The position numbers and the translations under genes are program-made. A stretch of DNA of 64,000 nt from a bacterium (GTDB lineage Bacteria > Electryoneota > JAOADG01): the NCBI GenBank assembly GCA_963681965.1, contig OY820579.1, forward strand, positions 4,096,001 to 4,160,000. Reading direction: 5' to 3'. Below are positions 1 to 9,732 of this stretch, in pieces; position 1 is the first letter of the stretch; every line of letters begins with the position of its first letter. Under the pieces are notes generated by a model. The model was not told the origin of the DNA. It was given only the letters and a program-made list of their open reading frames with translations, and ran no database searches.

Positions 1-1008
1 CTGGAAGCGTTGCATTATCACGTTCGCAATTACCAGCATCGCGAGGCAATTGCTTGGTCTGATAAATTACTTGCTTGGCTGCATGACGAATCGGACACGG
101 AACGAACGGCGTCGCGACTCCAGCAAGTACTACACCACCGCTTCCGGATATTCTCCATCACCGGCGATACGACTTTAGAGCGCGATGCGATCGATCAATC
201 TCTTGCACTTGCGGAGAAATGGCAGTGGGAAGAGATCACTGCCGATGTACTCAATTCGCTCGGCAATCATCTCGATCTCCAAGGAAAAACCAGCGAATCG
301 ATCGAAGTCTTCAACCGCGCGCTGGCGATCTTTCGCAAATTCGACAATCATCACGGTTGTGCTGAGGTGCTCAATAACCTCGGTACCATTCACCTATTCG
401 AGAATCAATTCGACCAAGCATTGTCGCTCTTCGAACAGGCACTCGCGATCTTCCACGAGAGTCACGACCGCAAACAGGAAGGCATCGTCTTAAACAATAT
501 CGGTATCGTTTATCGCAAGCAGAATCACCGGCAAGAAGCGTTGGATATTCTCCAATCCGCAACGCAGGTCGCGCACGAAATCGACGATCGGAAAACGGAA
601 GCACAGGCATTTACCAACATCGGCAATCTCCAATACGATCTCGACCATAAATCGGAGGCTGTAGACGCGTTCCGCAAGGCACTAGCAATCGATCGGGAAA
701 TCGGCGATCGTCGTTCTGAAGCGTTGGTTATGAGTAATCTCGGATATCTCTACTTGGAAAATCGCGAATTTCGCGAAGCGGAACAGCTCTTTACCGGATC
801 GTTATACATTGCCCGCGAAACCCAGTCGGCGTGGAGTGAGTTGCAGGCGATGCTGAATCTGGTACAACTCTATATTGATACCGACAATCGCGCGAAAGCG
901 GTAGAATTCTATCGGAAAGTATTGAATCTGATCGAAGCAATGGGGTGGGATCCCACCAAGATTGAGGATTTCTCGACTGTGACAGCACAAATCGAGCAGT
1001 GGAAATAA
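1..1008 (+). CDS. Tetratricopeptide-repeat protein, 5'-truncated (MalT/TPR_12-like repeats)
   Basis: Frame is open from base 1. Repeated ~40-aa units such as 'VLNNLGTIHLFENQFDQALSLFEQALAIFHE' and 'AFTNIGNLQYDL..EAVDAFRKALAIDREIGDRRSEA'. Confidence 0.85.
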   Translation: MEALHYHVRNYQHREAIAWSDKLLAWLHDESDTERTASRLQQVLHHRFRIFSITGDTTLERDAIDQSLALAEKWQWEEITADVLNSLGNHLDLQGKTSESIEVFNRALAIFRKFDNHHGCAEVLNNLGTIHLFENQFDQALSLFEQALAIFHESHDRKQEGIVLNNIGIVYRKQNHRQEALDILQSATQVAHEIDDRKTEAQAFTNIGNLQYDLDHKSEAVDAFRKALAIDREIGDRRSEALVMSNLGYLYLENREFREAEQLFTGSLYIARETQSAWSELQAMLNLVQLYIDTDNRAKAVEFYRKVLNLIEAMGWDPTKIEDFSTVTAQIEQWK

Positions 1009-1040
1009 ATTCGGATCAATCTGTCAATTCGAATTGTGAT

Positions 1041-1143
1041 TCTCAAAAGTCAGTTGTCATCGTTAGTAGGGGCGGATCCCCGCATCCGCCCGCAGGTCAG
1101 GTAAAGCCTGACACCGAATCATGACAACTTGTTTTCATGAGTT
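1041..1143. repeat. ~100-bp nested-palindrome element (REPIN/MITE-like), copy 1
   Basis: Outer imperfect inverted repeat (agttgtcat...atgacaact) encloses GTAGGGGCGGATCCCCGCATCCGCCC and the hairpin GTCAGGT-AAA-GCCTGAC. Near-identical to the copies at 7294 and 12647. Confidence 0.85.
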
Positions 1144-1163
1144 CCTTGACCAGCAGGTTCGTG

Positions 1164-1466
1164 CTACTTAAATATCTCGCGTTTCAGTTCTTCAACTTTC
1201 TCCGTCCAAAAATGTAGTTCGGAAACATCTTCTGTCATCGAATACGCTACGATAATTTTCTGTGCGATCGAATATTGTAATGGATAGTACACATCGCTGT
1301 GTTCGCGTGCCAGAATACTGAAAGCATCGACATAACAGGATGCCGCGAGCAACGCCTGCCGTTCTTCCATCGCGGCATCGCCACGGTCGACTAGTTTCTC
1401 GGCTTGTCGATCCGGTACACTTTTTACTTCCCGGAGCAACTCGATAAATCTTCGCAGCTTGATCAT
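1164..1466 (-). CDS. Hypothetical helical protein
   Basis: 100-aa ORF downstream of the crotonase pair, with no competing ORF and no recognised motif. Confidence 0.55.
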   Translation of the reverse strand: MIKLRRFIELLREVKSVPDRQAEKLVDRGDAAMEERQALLAASCYVDAFSILAREHSDVYYPLQYSIAQKIIVAYSMTEDVSELHFWTEKVEELKREIFK

Positions 1467-1542
1467 TCTCAGTAACCTATTCGACGATAGTGGAATCGGC
1501 GGGATTGCTCCCGCCGATGAAAGAAATTTCTATCACAATACC

Positions 1543-2304
1543 CTAGTGGAATTTCGCTTGTCGTCCCTGTAGTACGGCGTTGACCCCTTCGCGAGCGTCG
1601 ACGGTCGTCATCAGATCGTTGAGGAAGATATCCTCGCTGATCTTCACGGCGCGGGTGACGGGTTCGTACAGACCACTGTCAACCGAACGTTTGACACACC
1701 GCAATGCCACATGACTGTGTCGGATAATGCGTCGTAACAAAACGTGGAGATGATCGTCGAATTCGGCGGTGGGATATACTGCGTTGATGATACCGATCTG
1801 TTTCGCGGTTTGCGCATCGATCGGATCGCCGGTTACCAACAGTTCTAACGCGCGATTGCGCCCGCAGAGCCGCGGAAGCAGCGCCGTCGCAACTGGAGGA
1901 AAGAGCGAATAATCAACTTCCGGTTGTCCGAAACTGGACCGCGCCGATGCGACACAAAGATCGCAAAACAGCGCGATTTCGCAACCGGTACCCAGCGCTT
2001 CGCCGTTGACTGCTGCAATGGTGATTACATCCGACATGTTCAAATTATCGAACAGTTTATCGAGTTCAACCATCATCTCGCCAACATGTTCCGGAACCAT
2101 GTCCTCGATATTCACGCCCGATGAAAAAACGCCGCTTGCGCCACGCAGCACAACGCATTTCAAATCCTTGTTGCGGCTTAAATCAATCAGCGATTCGTTT
2201 AACTTTCGTGCTAATTGCAACGAAATCAGGTTATTGGGTGGACGTGAGATCGTTAGTTCAGCGACATGATCGCGGCGAACAATTGATACTTCGTTCATGT
2301 TCAT
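1543..2304 (-). CDS. Enoyl-CoA hydratase/isomerase (crotonase) family protein, dienoyl-CoA hydratase-like
   Basis: Motifs FSSGVNI, AAVNGEALGTGCEIALFCD and FGQPE; RBS ggaggt upstream. Confidence 0.85.
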   Translation of the reverse strand: MNMNEVSIVRRDHVAELTISRPPNNLISLQLARKLNESLIDLSRNKDLKCVVLRGASGVFSSGVNIEDMVPEHVGEMMVELDKLFDNLNMSDVITIAAVNGEALGTGCEIALFCDLCVASARSSFGQPEVDYSLFPPVATALLPRLCGRNRALELLVTGDPIDAQTAKQIGIINAVYPTAEFDDHLHVLLRRIIRHSHVALRCVKRSVDSGLYEPVTRAVKISEDIFLNDLMTTVDAREGVNAVLQGRQAKFH

Positions 2305-2371
2305 AGTACACCTCCGTGCTGCGGAATTGAACTTACCTAAAACGGCTTGTTATATATAACCTAATCAAAGA

Positions 2372-3160
2372 TTAAGGTTTTTTCCACACTGGTTTGCGTT
2401 TTTCTAAAAAAGCTGTGGTTCCCTCTTTCATTTCCGGGCTGGCACATGTCGCTCCGAACCAGTAAGCTTCGCGCCCAAGTGCCACATCCAGCACAACATC
2501 CTGTCCGGCATAGCAGGCGCGCAGCGCGTTATGAACCGCAGTCGGACCCTTGGATAGAATCGTCTTTGCCAATTCCAAGGCTGACGGCATCAATTGGTCG
2601 GGTTCGACCACTTTACTAATCAAACCAATTCGCTGTGCTTCATCTGCCGTAATCGTTTCCGCCGACAGAATCATCTGAACGGCGCGGCTCATCCCTACTA
2701 AGCGTGTCAAGCGTTGCGTTCCACCGAAACCGGGAATTAGTCCAAGATTCACTTCGGGCTGCCCGAACTTCGCTTTGGTCGATGCAATTCGAATATGGCA
2801 CGCCATCGCCAATTCGCAACCACCACCCAACGCAAACCCATTGATCGCAGCAATGACTGGAACTTTCAGCAATTCGAGTAAGCGAAACACTTTATTTCCT
2901 CGTTCCGAGTATACTTCCCCGGTTTCGCGATCCAAATTCTGCAATTCGGCAATGTCGGCACCAGCGACAAACGCTTTCTCGCCAGCACCGGTAATTATGA
3001 TAGCACCGATCTCGGGATCGGTAGGTACCGACGAGACGAAGTGGTACAGTTCTTCAATAACTGCAATCGACAGTGCATTGAGTGCTTCGGGTCGATTGAT
3101 CGTGACAATCGTAACCCGGTCAATTTTCTCGAGTGATAAGAATTTATAATTGGTATCCAT
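2372..3160 (-). CDS. Short-chain enoyl-CoA hydratase (crotonase)
   Basis: Motifs NRPEALNAL, AFVAGADI, GFALGGGCELAMACH and FGQPEVNLGLIPGFGGTQRL, with both catalytic Glu present. Start placed at MDTNYK after a ggag RBS. Confidence 0.92.
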   Translation of the reverse strand: MDTNYKFLSLEKIDRVTIVTINRPEALNALSIAVIEELYHFVSSVPTDPEIGAIIITGAGEKAFVAGADIAELQNLDRETGEVYSERGNKVFRLLELLKVPVIAAINGFALGGGCELAMACHIRIASTKAKFGQPEVNLGLIPGFGGTQRLTRLVGMSRAVQMILSAETITADEAQRIGLISKVVEPDQLMPSALELAKTILSKGPTAVHNALRACYAGQDVVLDVALGREAYWFGATCASPEMKEGTTAFLEKRKPVWKKP

Positions 3161-3258
3161 ACTAATCTCCAATATATTTGTGGTATTAACCTATAAATGA
3201 TACGCTTTGATCCAACCGGAACAGAGAACCGAGTTTTCGTAGTGACCAAAGGAGACGA

Positions 3259-3783
3259 ATGAATACCTACCACCATCCTCATTCGGGAAAACGCGAGATA
3301 TCTTGGCAGGAATTCGGAGAATTGGCAAAAGAATTGGCATTGCGGGTCGACAAAAATTATCAACCGGATTGTGTCGTTGGTGTCTCGAAAGGCGGTTTGT
3401 CGCTTGCATCGGTTCTGGCAAGCCTGTTTCGGGTGAATCTGTTTCCCATTCGACTTTCCTACCGTGTACAAGACCGGGTCGTTCACGACAAACCGCGCTG
3501 GTCGGTCGAACCACCGGACGATGTCGAAGGGTGCAAGGTGTTATTGGTCGATGAAATTGCCATCAGCGGACAAACGCTCCGTGAGGCGGCGAAGGCAATC
3601 GACAATCGGGGTGCGACAGAAATCAAAACCTGTACGCTGTACATCCATCCCGGCAGTTTCAAACCGGACTTCTATCTGTTTGAAACTCCGGCAATGGTCG
3701 TTCACCCTTGGGATAAATGGGTGTTGATGGAGGGGAAAATTGTCATTCACCCGGAATACCGGCAACCTCCTAGTGTCAATTAG
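3259..3783 (+). CDS. Type I phosphoribosyltransferase (xanthine/hypoxanthine PRT-like)
   Basis: PRPP-binding motif VLLVDEIAISGQTL, plus VGVSKGGL and C-terminal KPDFY...VVHPW. Confidence 0.88.
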   Translation: MNTYHHPHSGKREISWQEFGELAKELALRVDKNYQPDCVVGVSKGGLSLASVLASLFRVNLFPIRLSYRVQDRVVHDKPRWSVEPPDDVEGCKVLLVDEIAISGQTLREAAKAIDNRGATEIKTCTLYIHPGSFKPDFYLFETPAMVVHPWDKWVLMEGKIVIHPEYRQPPSVN

Positions 3784-3919
3784 GTAATCGATTGTTTACG
3801 TGAGGATTAATTCTGATATTAAGCATTCAGACTTATACCGAAATAGCAGTATCTTGATTGGGCGCAGGAATGCGCCCATTTTACATAATCGAAATTAACG
3901 TCGGGAAGAAGAGCAAATT

Positions 3920-4984
3920 ATGCAACTGGGATTGGTTGGATTGCCGCGTGTCGGAAAAACGACACTATTCGGTGCACTGGTCGGAAAAGCCGTCGATAAA
4001 GGGTACGGCAAGCGGGAAATGCATATCGGGGTTGCCAAAGTTCCCGATCAACGGTTGGAAGATCTAACGGCGTTGTTCAATCCGCGCAAACAGATTCATG
4101 CGACGGTGGAGTATGTCGATGTCGGTGGTCTGGAAGCCGGCGCTGCAAAGAGCGGTTACGACGAGAACTTCCTGAAAGCGCTCTCCCAAACTGATGCACT
4201 CGTACTCGTATTGCGCGGTTTTGATGGCGAAGACGGTTCTGCTCCCGATCCAGTACGGGAATTCAGTTCCGCCGAAGACGAGTTCCTGCTCAACGATCTG
4301 GGAATGGTGGAAAAACGGCTCGAACGGCTTGACGGTCAACTCAAGAAAATGAAAAACGCCGAGCTGGAGCGCGAGCGCGATTTGCTGCGGCGCTGTTTCG
4401 AAACGCTGGAACAAAACAAACCGTTGCGGGTACTCGATTTCGAACTCGAAGATGAAAAACGGTTGCGCGGTTTCCAGTTTCTCTCATTCAAACCACTGAT
4501 GGTTCTGATCAATCTCGGCGAACAATATGCCGCGAAAGCGGATGAGTGGTGCAACGCAATCACTCCGAAACTATCTGTCCACAGTTCGGTATTGGCACTG
4601 CAAGGGGAAATGGAAGCGGAAATTGCCGAATTGGAAGAAGCGGATCGCGTCGCTTTCCTGCAGGATCTTGGCATCGCCGAACCGGCTGCGGCGCGCGTCG
4701 TACAAGCCAGTTACCAGTTGTTGCATGTGATCTCGTTTTTCACTGTCGGCGAAGACGAATGCCGCGCTTGGACGATCAAACGTGGTTCCAATGCCGTTAC
4801 TGCGGCAGGCACGATTCACACCGATCTGGCACGCGGATTCATACGAGCCGAAGTCACCCGCAGTGAAGACCAATTGAAGTGGAAAACTGCGGCAGCACTG
4901 AAGGAAAAAGGGTTGAACCGGTTGGAAGGGAAAGAGTATATCGTTCAGGACGGCGATATTCTGGTGATCCGCTTTGCCGTCTAA
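3920..4984 (+). CDS. ychF: YchF/OLA1-like Obg-family ATPase (DUF933 C-terminus)
   Basis: P-loop GLVGLPRVGKTT, VPDQRL, DVGGL, FFTVGEDECRAW, AAGTIHTD, GFIRAEV and RLEGKEYIVQDGD. Confidence 0.9.
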   Translation: MQLGLVGLPRVGKTTLFGALVGKAVDKGYGKREMHIGVAKVPDQRLEDLTALFNPRKQIHATVEYVDVGGLEAGAAKSGYDENFLKALSQTDALVLVLRGFDGEDGSAPDPVREFSSAEDEFLLNDLGMVEKRLERLDGQLKKMKNAELERERDLLRRCFETLEQNKPLRVLDFELEDEKRLRGFQFLSFKPLMVLINLGEQYAAKADEWCNAITPKLSVHSSVLALQGEMEAEIAELEEADRVAFLQDLGIAEPAAARVVQASYQLLHVISFFTVGEDECRAWTIKRGSNAVTAAGTIHTDLARGFIRAEVTRSEDQLKWKTAAALKEKGLNRLEGKEYIVQDGDILVIRFAV

Positions 4985-6008
4985 TTCGAAATCGTTGCAG
5001 TCAATACCACCGACTCCCACACATGAACTCAAACCGCTCCGGTTCACGATCGACGCTGGTCCCGCGATCACTGTCGCTGCGGCAATTCGCGAACAGTTGC
5101 CGGGCACATCTTGGAGTGTGGTTCGCAGATGGTTGACGCAGGGTCATGTGTATGTGAATGATCAAATCGTGAACGACGAAGCGCTGCGCGTGCTGCATGG
5201 CGACAACATCGAATTAAAGACGCAGGGCACCGGATCACGTAAAGCGGCAACCCAGCGTACGCAACTCTCCGGCATCAAAATCATCCATATCGACGAACAT
5301 ATCGTAATCGTCGAGAAGCCTGCGGGGATGGTAACTCAGGCGATTGCCAATTCGGAAGAAGAGTTCGATGTGTTGGAAGCGAGCAATACTCCGACACTGG
5401 AAGAGCTGATTATCCCGTTGGTCAAAAAAATCGTTGCCGCGCACCCCGAACTCAAGAGCGGTGCACCCCGGCAGGTTCACCGCATCGACAAAGATACCAG
5501 TGGCATATTGGTTTTTGCCCGCACTGGAAAAGCGTACGATTCGCTTAAACTGCAATTTTTCGAACACACGATCGATCGCGAATATCTCGCCGTTGTAGCC
5601 GGAAGAATTCAGCGAAACGAAACCATTCGATCGTATCTAATTCGCGACCGCGGCGATGGCAAACGCGGCTCGAGCGCTCGACCACAAGCTCATTCGAAAT
5701 TGGCAATCACTCACTTCGAACCGATTGAATCGTTCTCGCGCATCACGATTATTCGCTGCCACTTGGAGACCGGGCGAACGCACCAAATTCGGATTCACCT
5801 TGCCGACTCCGGACACCCTCTGCTCGGCGATCCGATTTACGGCAGCGAATATGCCTATTCGGGAATCCTCCCGCCTCCCCGCCTTGCACTTCATGCTCGC
5901 TCGCTTGGATTTCTCCATCCCAATGGAAAGCGAGTTTATTTCGAGAGCGATTTGCCTGAAGATTTATCGAAGTGGCTCGATCGGTTGCGAAAAAGCCATT
6001 CCCGGTAG
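4974..6008 (+). CDS. RluA/RluD-family 23S rRNA pseudouridine synthase with S4 domain
   Basis: Catalytic motif VHRIDKDTSG, plus KPAG, LETGRTHQIRIH, GDPIYG and LALHA. Confidence 0.93.
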   Translation: MPSNSKSLQSIPPTPTHELKPLRFTIDAGPAITVAAAIREQLPGTSWSVVRRWLTQGHVYVNDQIVNDEALRVLHGDNIELKTQGTGSRKAATQRTQLSGIKIIHIDEHIVIVEKPAGMVTQAIANSEEEFDVLEASNTPTLEELIIPLVKKIVAAHPELKSGAPRQVHRIDKDTSGILVFARTGKAYDSLKLQFFEHTIDREYLAVVAGRIQRNETIRSYLIRDRGDGKRGSSARPQAHSKLAITHFEPIESFSRITIIRCHLETGRTHQIRIHLADSGHPLLGDPIYGSEYAYSGILPPPRLALHARSLGFLHPNGKRVYFESDLPEDLSKWLDRLRKSHSR

Positions 6009-6171
6009 CACTACTTCTTATTTATCAATTCCAACCTCTTTGAATTATTCCTGATGTTAATCTTGTCGAAAGTCACAATAATTTTGTTTAATCTGTTTGA
6101 ATCAATCTATTTCATCCCGATTCAATGCTTATCTTCAAGAATTATTACATAATCCGATCATTGGAGAAATT

Positions 6172-7272
6172 ATGAGCAAATTGTTCATCTACTCGATTTT
6201 GATTGTACTACTTTTTTCGCTGTTAGCTATGGCGCAAGTAACATTGAATCGTACCGATATTCCCGATTCGATTGGTTATACCCCGACCTACATCACTAGT
6301 TCGAATCAACCGGTTACACTCGGCGCAACCGGCGGTAGTCAACGCTGGGACTTTTCCACTGTCCCGACCGGATCGACACTCCGCTCCTCTACCTACGTCT
6401 CGCCAGACAGCACATTGTGGCATTCAACGACCAACTGGGGAACGACTTCAAGTCCCAAATATGCGCAGATGGCACAGTTCGTCACCTCATTTGCCGGAAT
6501 GAATACACCGACTTACATGTACTATCGCTATCCGAGTGGCAACACTTCGCTTGAAATGATCGGCGTTGGATTGATGGGCGACAGCGATTTTCCACAACAA
6601 ATTGTCAAACCGACCAACACCTTTCGGAAATATGTGATTCCATTAACTTACAATCTGACTTGGCGGGATTCCTTGAAGGGCACCGTGGACACCCGCGACA
6701 GTGCTGGTTACGACTTAAAAGCAAAAGTGACAATGTATTTTCAGAATAGTATCGATGCATACGGAACAGTTGTTTACCCCGGCGATTCCGCGCAGTGCCT
6801 CCGACTCACAACCATCTGTACCGGAACGTACCAAGTCGGTTTTTTCTACCTCGGTTCGATCTGGGTACCGGTCTTGACCTCGAGTATTCCCGCTTATACC
6901 ACCGTCAGTTGGATCACACCTGGTGCCGGAGTGCTTGTTTCCGCAGTGAGCGATACCGGAATCACGACTGCTAATTTCACGACCGCGAAAACCTTGCAAG
7001 TCACCAATCGCAGCGATCTGCCGCGGATCCCAAGTAATTTATCGATAGCACTGAATGGCACCGATGCAAATTTAGCCTGGTCGCGAGTCGATTCCACAGT
7101 TGCCGGATTTCCCATAACGATATCCGGTTATCATGTTTATTCGTTGACTGAGTTCCCGGGTTCAACCAATCTGATAGGAACCATCACCAATCCAAATACC
7201 GTCAATTTCATCGATGGCAGTACAATTCCATCCAATCTTGCCCGGTATTATACTATTCGGGCAGTAAAATAA
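6172..7272 (+). CDS. Secreted beta-rich protein with an FN3-like C-terminal domain
   Basis: Signal peptide MSKLFIYSILIVLLFSLLAMA-Q, Thr/Ser-rich body, and a C-terminal ~85 aa similar to the C-terminus of 39786..41762. Confidence 0.75.
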   Translation: MSKLFIYSILIVLLFSLLAMAQVTLNRTDIPDSIGYTPTYITSSNQPVTLGATGGSQRWDFSTVPTGSTLRSSTYVSPDSTLWHSTTNWGTTSSPKYAQMAQFVTSFAGMNTPTYMYYRYPSGNTSLEMIGVGLMGDSDFPQQIVKPTNTFRKYVIPLTYNLTWRDSLKGTVDTRDSAGYDLKAKVTMYFQNSIDAYGTVVYPGDSAQCLRLTTICTGTYQVGFFYLGSIWVPVLTSSIPAYTTVSWITPGAGVLVSAVSDTGITTANFTTAKTLQVTNRSDLPRIPSNLSIALNGTDANLAWSRVDSTVAGFPITISGYHVYSLTEFPGSTNLIGTITNPNTVNFIDGSTIPSNLARYYTIRAVK

Positions 7273-7293
7273 GGATCGAACAATTATTGTATC

Positions 7294-7394
7294 CTTGAAA
7301 ATAAGTTGTTATCGGGAGTAGGGGCGGACCCCCGTGTCCGCCCGCAGGTCAGGCGAAGCCTGACACCGAATCTTGACAGCTTATTTTTCAAGAA
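7294..7394. repeat. ~100-bp nested-palindrome element, copy 2
   Basis: Outer IR cttgaaaataagttgttatcgg...ccgaatcttgacagcttatttttcaag; inner GTAGGGGCGGACCCCCGTGTCCGCCC and GTCAGGC-GAA-GCCTGAC. Confidence 0.9.
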
Positions 7395-7542
7395 CCATGA
7401 TAGTACCGACGGGTCACTTTCCATTACGCGAGAAGTTTCACAATTCACGTACTTGCGAAAATCTTTCGCAAACCTTGACAAAACAGTGATTCCCTTCGAA
7501 AATCTTCGTACATTTAGATAGCACTATTATTGTACTAAGGAT

Positions 7543-8457
7543 ATGAGTTCCGCTCAATTGCTCACACAATTTCTCGACGACATTGCGTACCGACGGAGCG
7601 GTAGCAGTCATACGCAAGTCAACTATCGCCGTGCGATTGAAACCTTTCTGGCATGGGTTTCGACGGACGATCCTGCTCAACTTGCGCATTATTCTGCCTA
7701 CGAATTGCAACACTATTTTACCTCCCGTGCCAAATCGGATCTCGCGCCACGCAGCGTTATCAACGAGCGTGCGGCGATCTCTTCATTCTACCGATTCCTG
7801 ATTCGACGCGGCGTGGTGCAACACAATCCCGTGAAACCAACCAAAGTCAAGAAACCCGACAAGACACTACCGAAATCACTACCGATGGCACCACTTAATC
7901 AGACGCTCGACACCATTCAAGCGACGCTGTCGGCACGGGATCGGTGGATCCTGGAAGGGCTTTATGGCACTGGATTGCGGGTATCGGAGTTTGCCGGAAT
8001 CCGGTTTAGCGATATCAGACCGGACGAACACCGGATTGAAGTAATCGGGAAAGGGTCGAAATTACGTTCCGTGCCACTCACCGAACGTGCTTGGGCGACT
8101 CTACTTGAGTATCTTTTAGAACGAGGCGCTTCGCCTCAGGCGTTGGGGGTATCGAACGAACCGGTGTTAGTTGGCGAGCACAATCGTCAGTTATCGGTTC
8201 GAACGATTCAACGGGTGGTTTCGCAGTTATTGGGCGGGTTACGGTCGGGCGCTAGCGTCACACCGCATCAACTTCGCCACAGTTACGCCAGCCATCTACT
8301 AGCCGATGGCGCAGATCTTCGTGCAGTACAGGAGTTATTGGGTCATGCCCGCTTGGGAACGACTCAAATTTACACTCACCTTGATGCCGGCAGATTGCAG
8401 GAGTTGGTTCGCAAGAATTTACCCCGCAGTCAGTCCGAACCTCTGGAGGAAAAATGA
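7543..8457 (+). CDS. xerC: Tyrosine recombinase XerC/XerD
   Basis: Full catalytic set: GTGLRVSE, GKGSK, HQLRHSYASHLL, LLGHA, TQIYTH. The xerC-hpf-hprK context indicates a housekeeping gene. Confidence 0.88.
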   Translation: MSSAQLLTQFLDDIAYRRSGSSHTQVNYRRAIETFLAWVSTDDPAQLAHYSAYELQHYFTSRAKSDLAPRSVINERAAISSFYRFLIRRGVVQHNPVKPTKVKKPDKTLPKSLPMAPLNQTLDTIQATLSARDRWILEGLYGTGLRVSEFAGIRFSDIRPDEHRIEVIGKGSKLRSVPLTERAWATLLEYLLERGASPQALGVSNEPVLVGEHNRQLSVRTIQRVVSQLLGGLRSGASVTPHQLRHSYASHLLADGADLRAVQELLGHARLGTTQIYTHLDAGRLQELVRKNLPRSQSEPLEEK

Positions 8458-8744
8458 AGCTGCAAGTCACAGCTCGTCGTTTTAAATTATCCGATCGATT
8501 GGAAACCTTGGTGCAAAAGGAAATCACCGCGTTGGAACGGCATTTCGACCATATCCACGATGTGAATGTCGTTTTGACCACCGATCATGGCGTCCGCCAT
8601 GTCGATGTGAAAATCCATGTGCCCAATCATACTTTATCCAGTGAGGGGGAAAGTACCGAACAATTTGACGTGCTGATTCCGCAGATCTTAAAGAAAGCCA
8701 CTACCCAACTTCAACGCCACAAAGAGAAGCTAAAGAAGTTATAG
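8454..8744 (+). CDS. hpf: Ribosome hibernation promoting factor (short HPF/RaiA)
   Basis: MKLQVTARRFKLSD...LERHFDHI...QLQRHKEKL pattern; ATGA overlap with xerC; lies directly before hprK. Confidence 0.85.
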   Translation: MKLQVTARRFKLSDRLETLVQKEITALERHFDHIHDVNVVLTTDHGVRHVDVKIHVPNHTLSSEGESTEQFDVLIPQILKKATTQLQRHKEKLKKL

Positions 8745-8751
8745 GAGATGA

Positions 8752-9732
8752 ATGGCGAATAAAGCCAAATCACTGTCGATAAAAGAACTGTTGGATGAAC
8801 TTGCCGACCGGCTACAATTGAAACTGGTAGCCGGACAGGCAGGGCTTGTCCGGGAAGTCCGCGAGCGCGATCTGAACCGCCCCTCGCTGGCACTTGCAGG
8901 ATTTTTCGGCGATTTCCGTCACGACCGGATCCAAATCCTCGGTAACACGGAAAATCATTTTCTCGAATGCTTGGACAACGACGAGCGGGTCAAGCGGATC
9001 AGTGAAGTATTTCGATTGCCGTTACCGATCGTGATTTTGACCGACCGGAATGCTCCACTCCGGGAAATCATTCAAGCTGCCGAGTTGAACGATGTACCGG
9101 TCTGTACGACGCCGCTATCGACCACAGTGCTCAGCAGCCTGTTGGTTACGGCACTCGACGAGCGGTTTGCGCCGACCTGTCAAGAACACGGCGTATTGGT
9201 CGATGTATATGGTATCGGGGTATTCATTGCCGGGAAGGCGCGTTCCGGTAAATCGGAACTGGCGTTAGACTTAGTCGAACGCGGTCATCGGTTGGTTGCC
9301 GACGATATCGTGGAAATCTCGCTCCGGATGGGCGGCATTTTAATGGGGCACGCCCCGGAATTGCTGCGCCATCTGATTGAAGTCCGCGGTCTCGGTTTCC
9401 TCGATGTCCAACATCTGTTCGGAGTACGTGCCGTGCGCTTCCAAAAGCGCGTGGAAATTGTACTCGAGTTGGTCCACGATATGCCGGAAGACGCGATCAA
9501 TCGGCTCGGACTCGAAAACGATGAGCGGGAATTTCTTGGGATCAGATTACCGGTAGTGAAATTGCCGGTTATTCCCGGAAAATATTTGACAGTATTGGCG
9601 GAATTGGTCGCATTAAATCATCTGCTGAAGATGCAGGGTGTCAACACTGCACAGGAATTTGAGATGCGTCAGCGGATGGAAATAGAGAAGAAACGGACGA
9701 TACGGAAGTATCTGGAGGGGGACTTTGAGTGA
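8752..9732 (+). CDS. hprK: HPr(Ser) kinase/phosphorylase
   Basis: Motifs NRPSLALAG, HGVLVDVYGIG, GKSELALDLVERGHRLVADD and EVRGLG. Confidence 0.96.
   Translation: MANKAKSLSIKELLDELADRLQLKLVAGQAGLVREVRERDLNRPSLALAGFFGDFRHDRIQILGNTENHFLECLDNDERVKRISEVFRLPLPIVILTDRNAPLREIIQAAELNDVPVCTTPLSTTVLSSLLVTALDERFAPTCQEHGVLVDVYGIGVFIAGKARSGKSELALDLVERGHRLVADDIVEISLRMGGILMGHAPELLRHLIEVRGLGFLDVQHLFGVRAVRFQKRVEIVLELVHDMPEDAINRLGLENDEREFLGIRLPVVKLPVIPGKYLTVLAELVALNHLLKMQGVNTAQEFEMRQRMEIEKKRTIRKYLEGDFE

Noticed and set aside
7543-8457. Tyrosine recombinase as the integrase of a mobile element
   Set aside because: It has XerC-type motifs and sits in the housekeeping xerC-hpf-hprK context, with no att sites or cargo.
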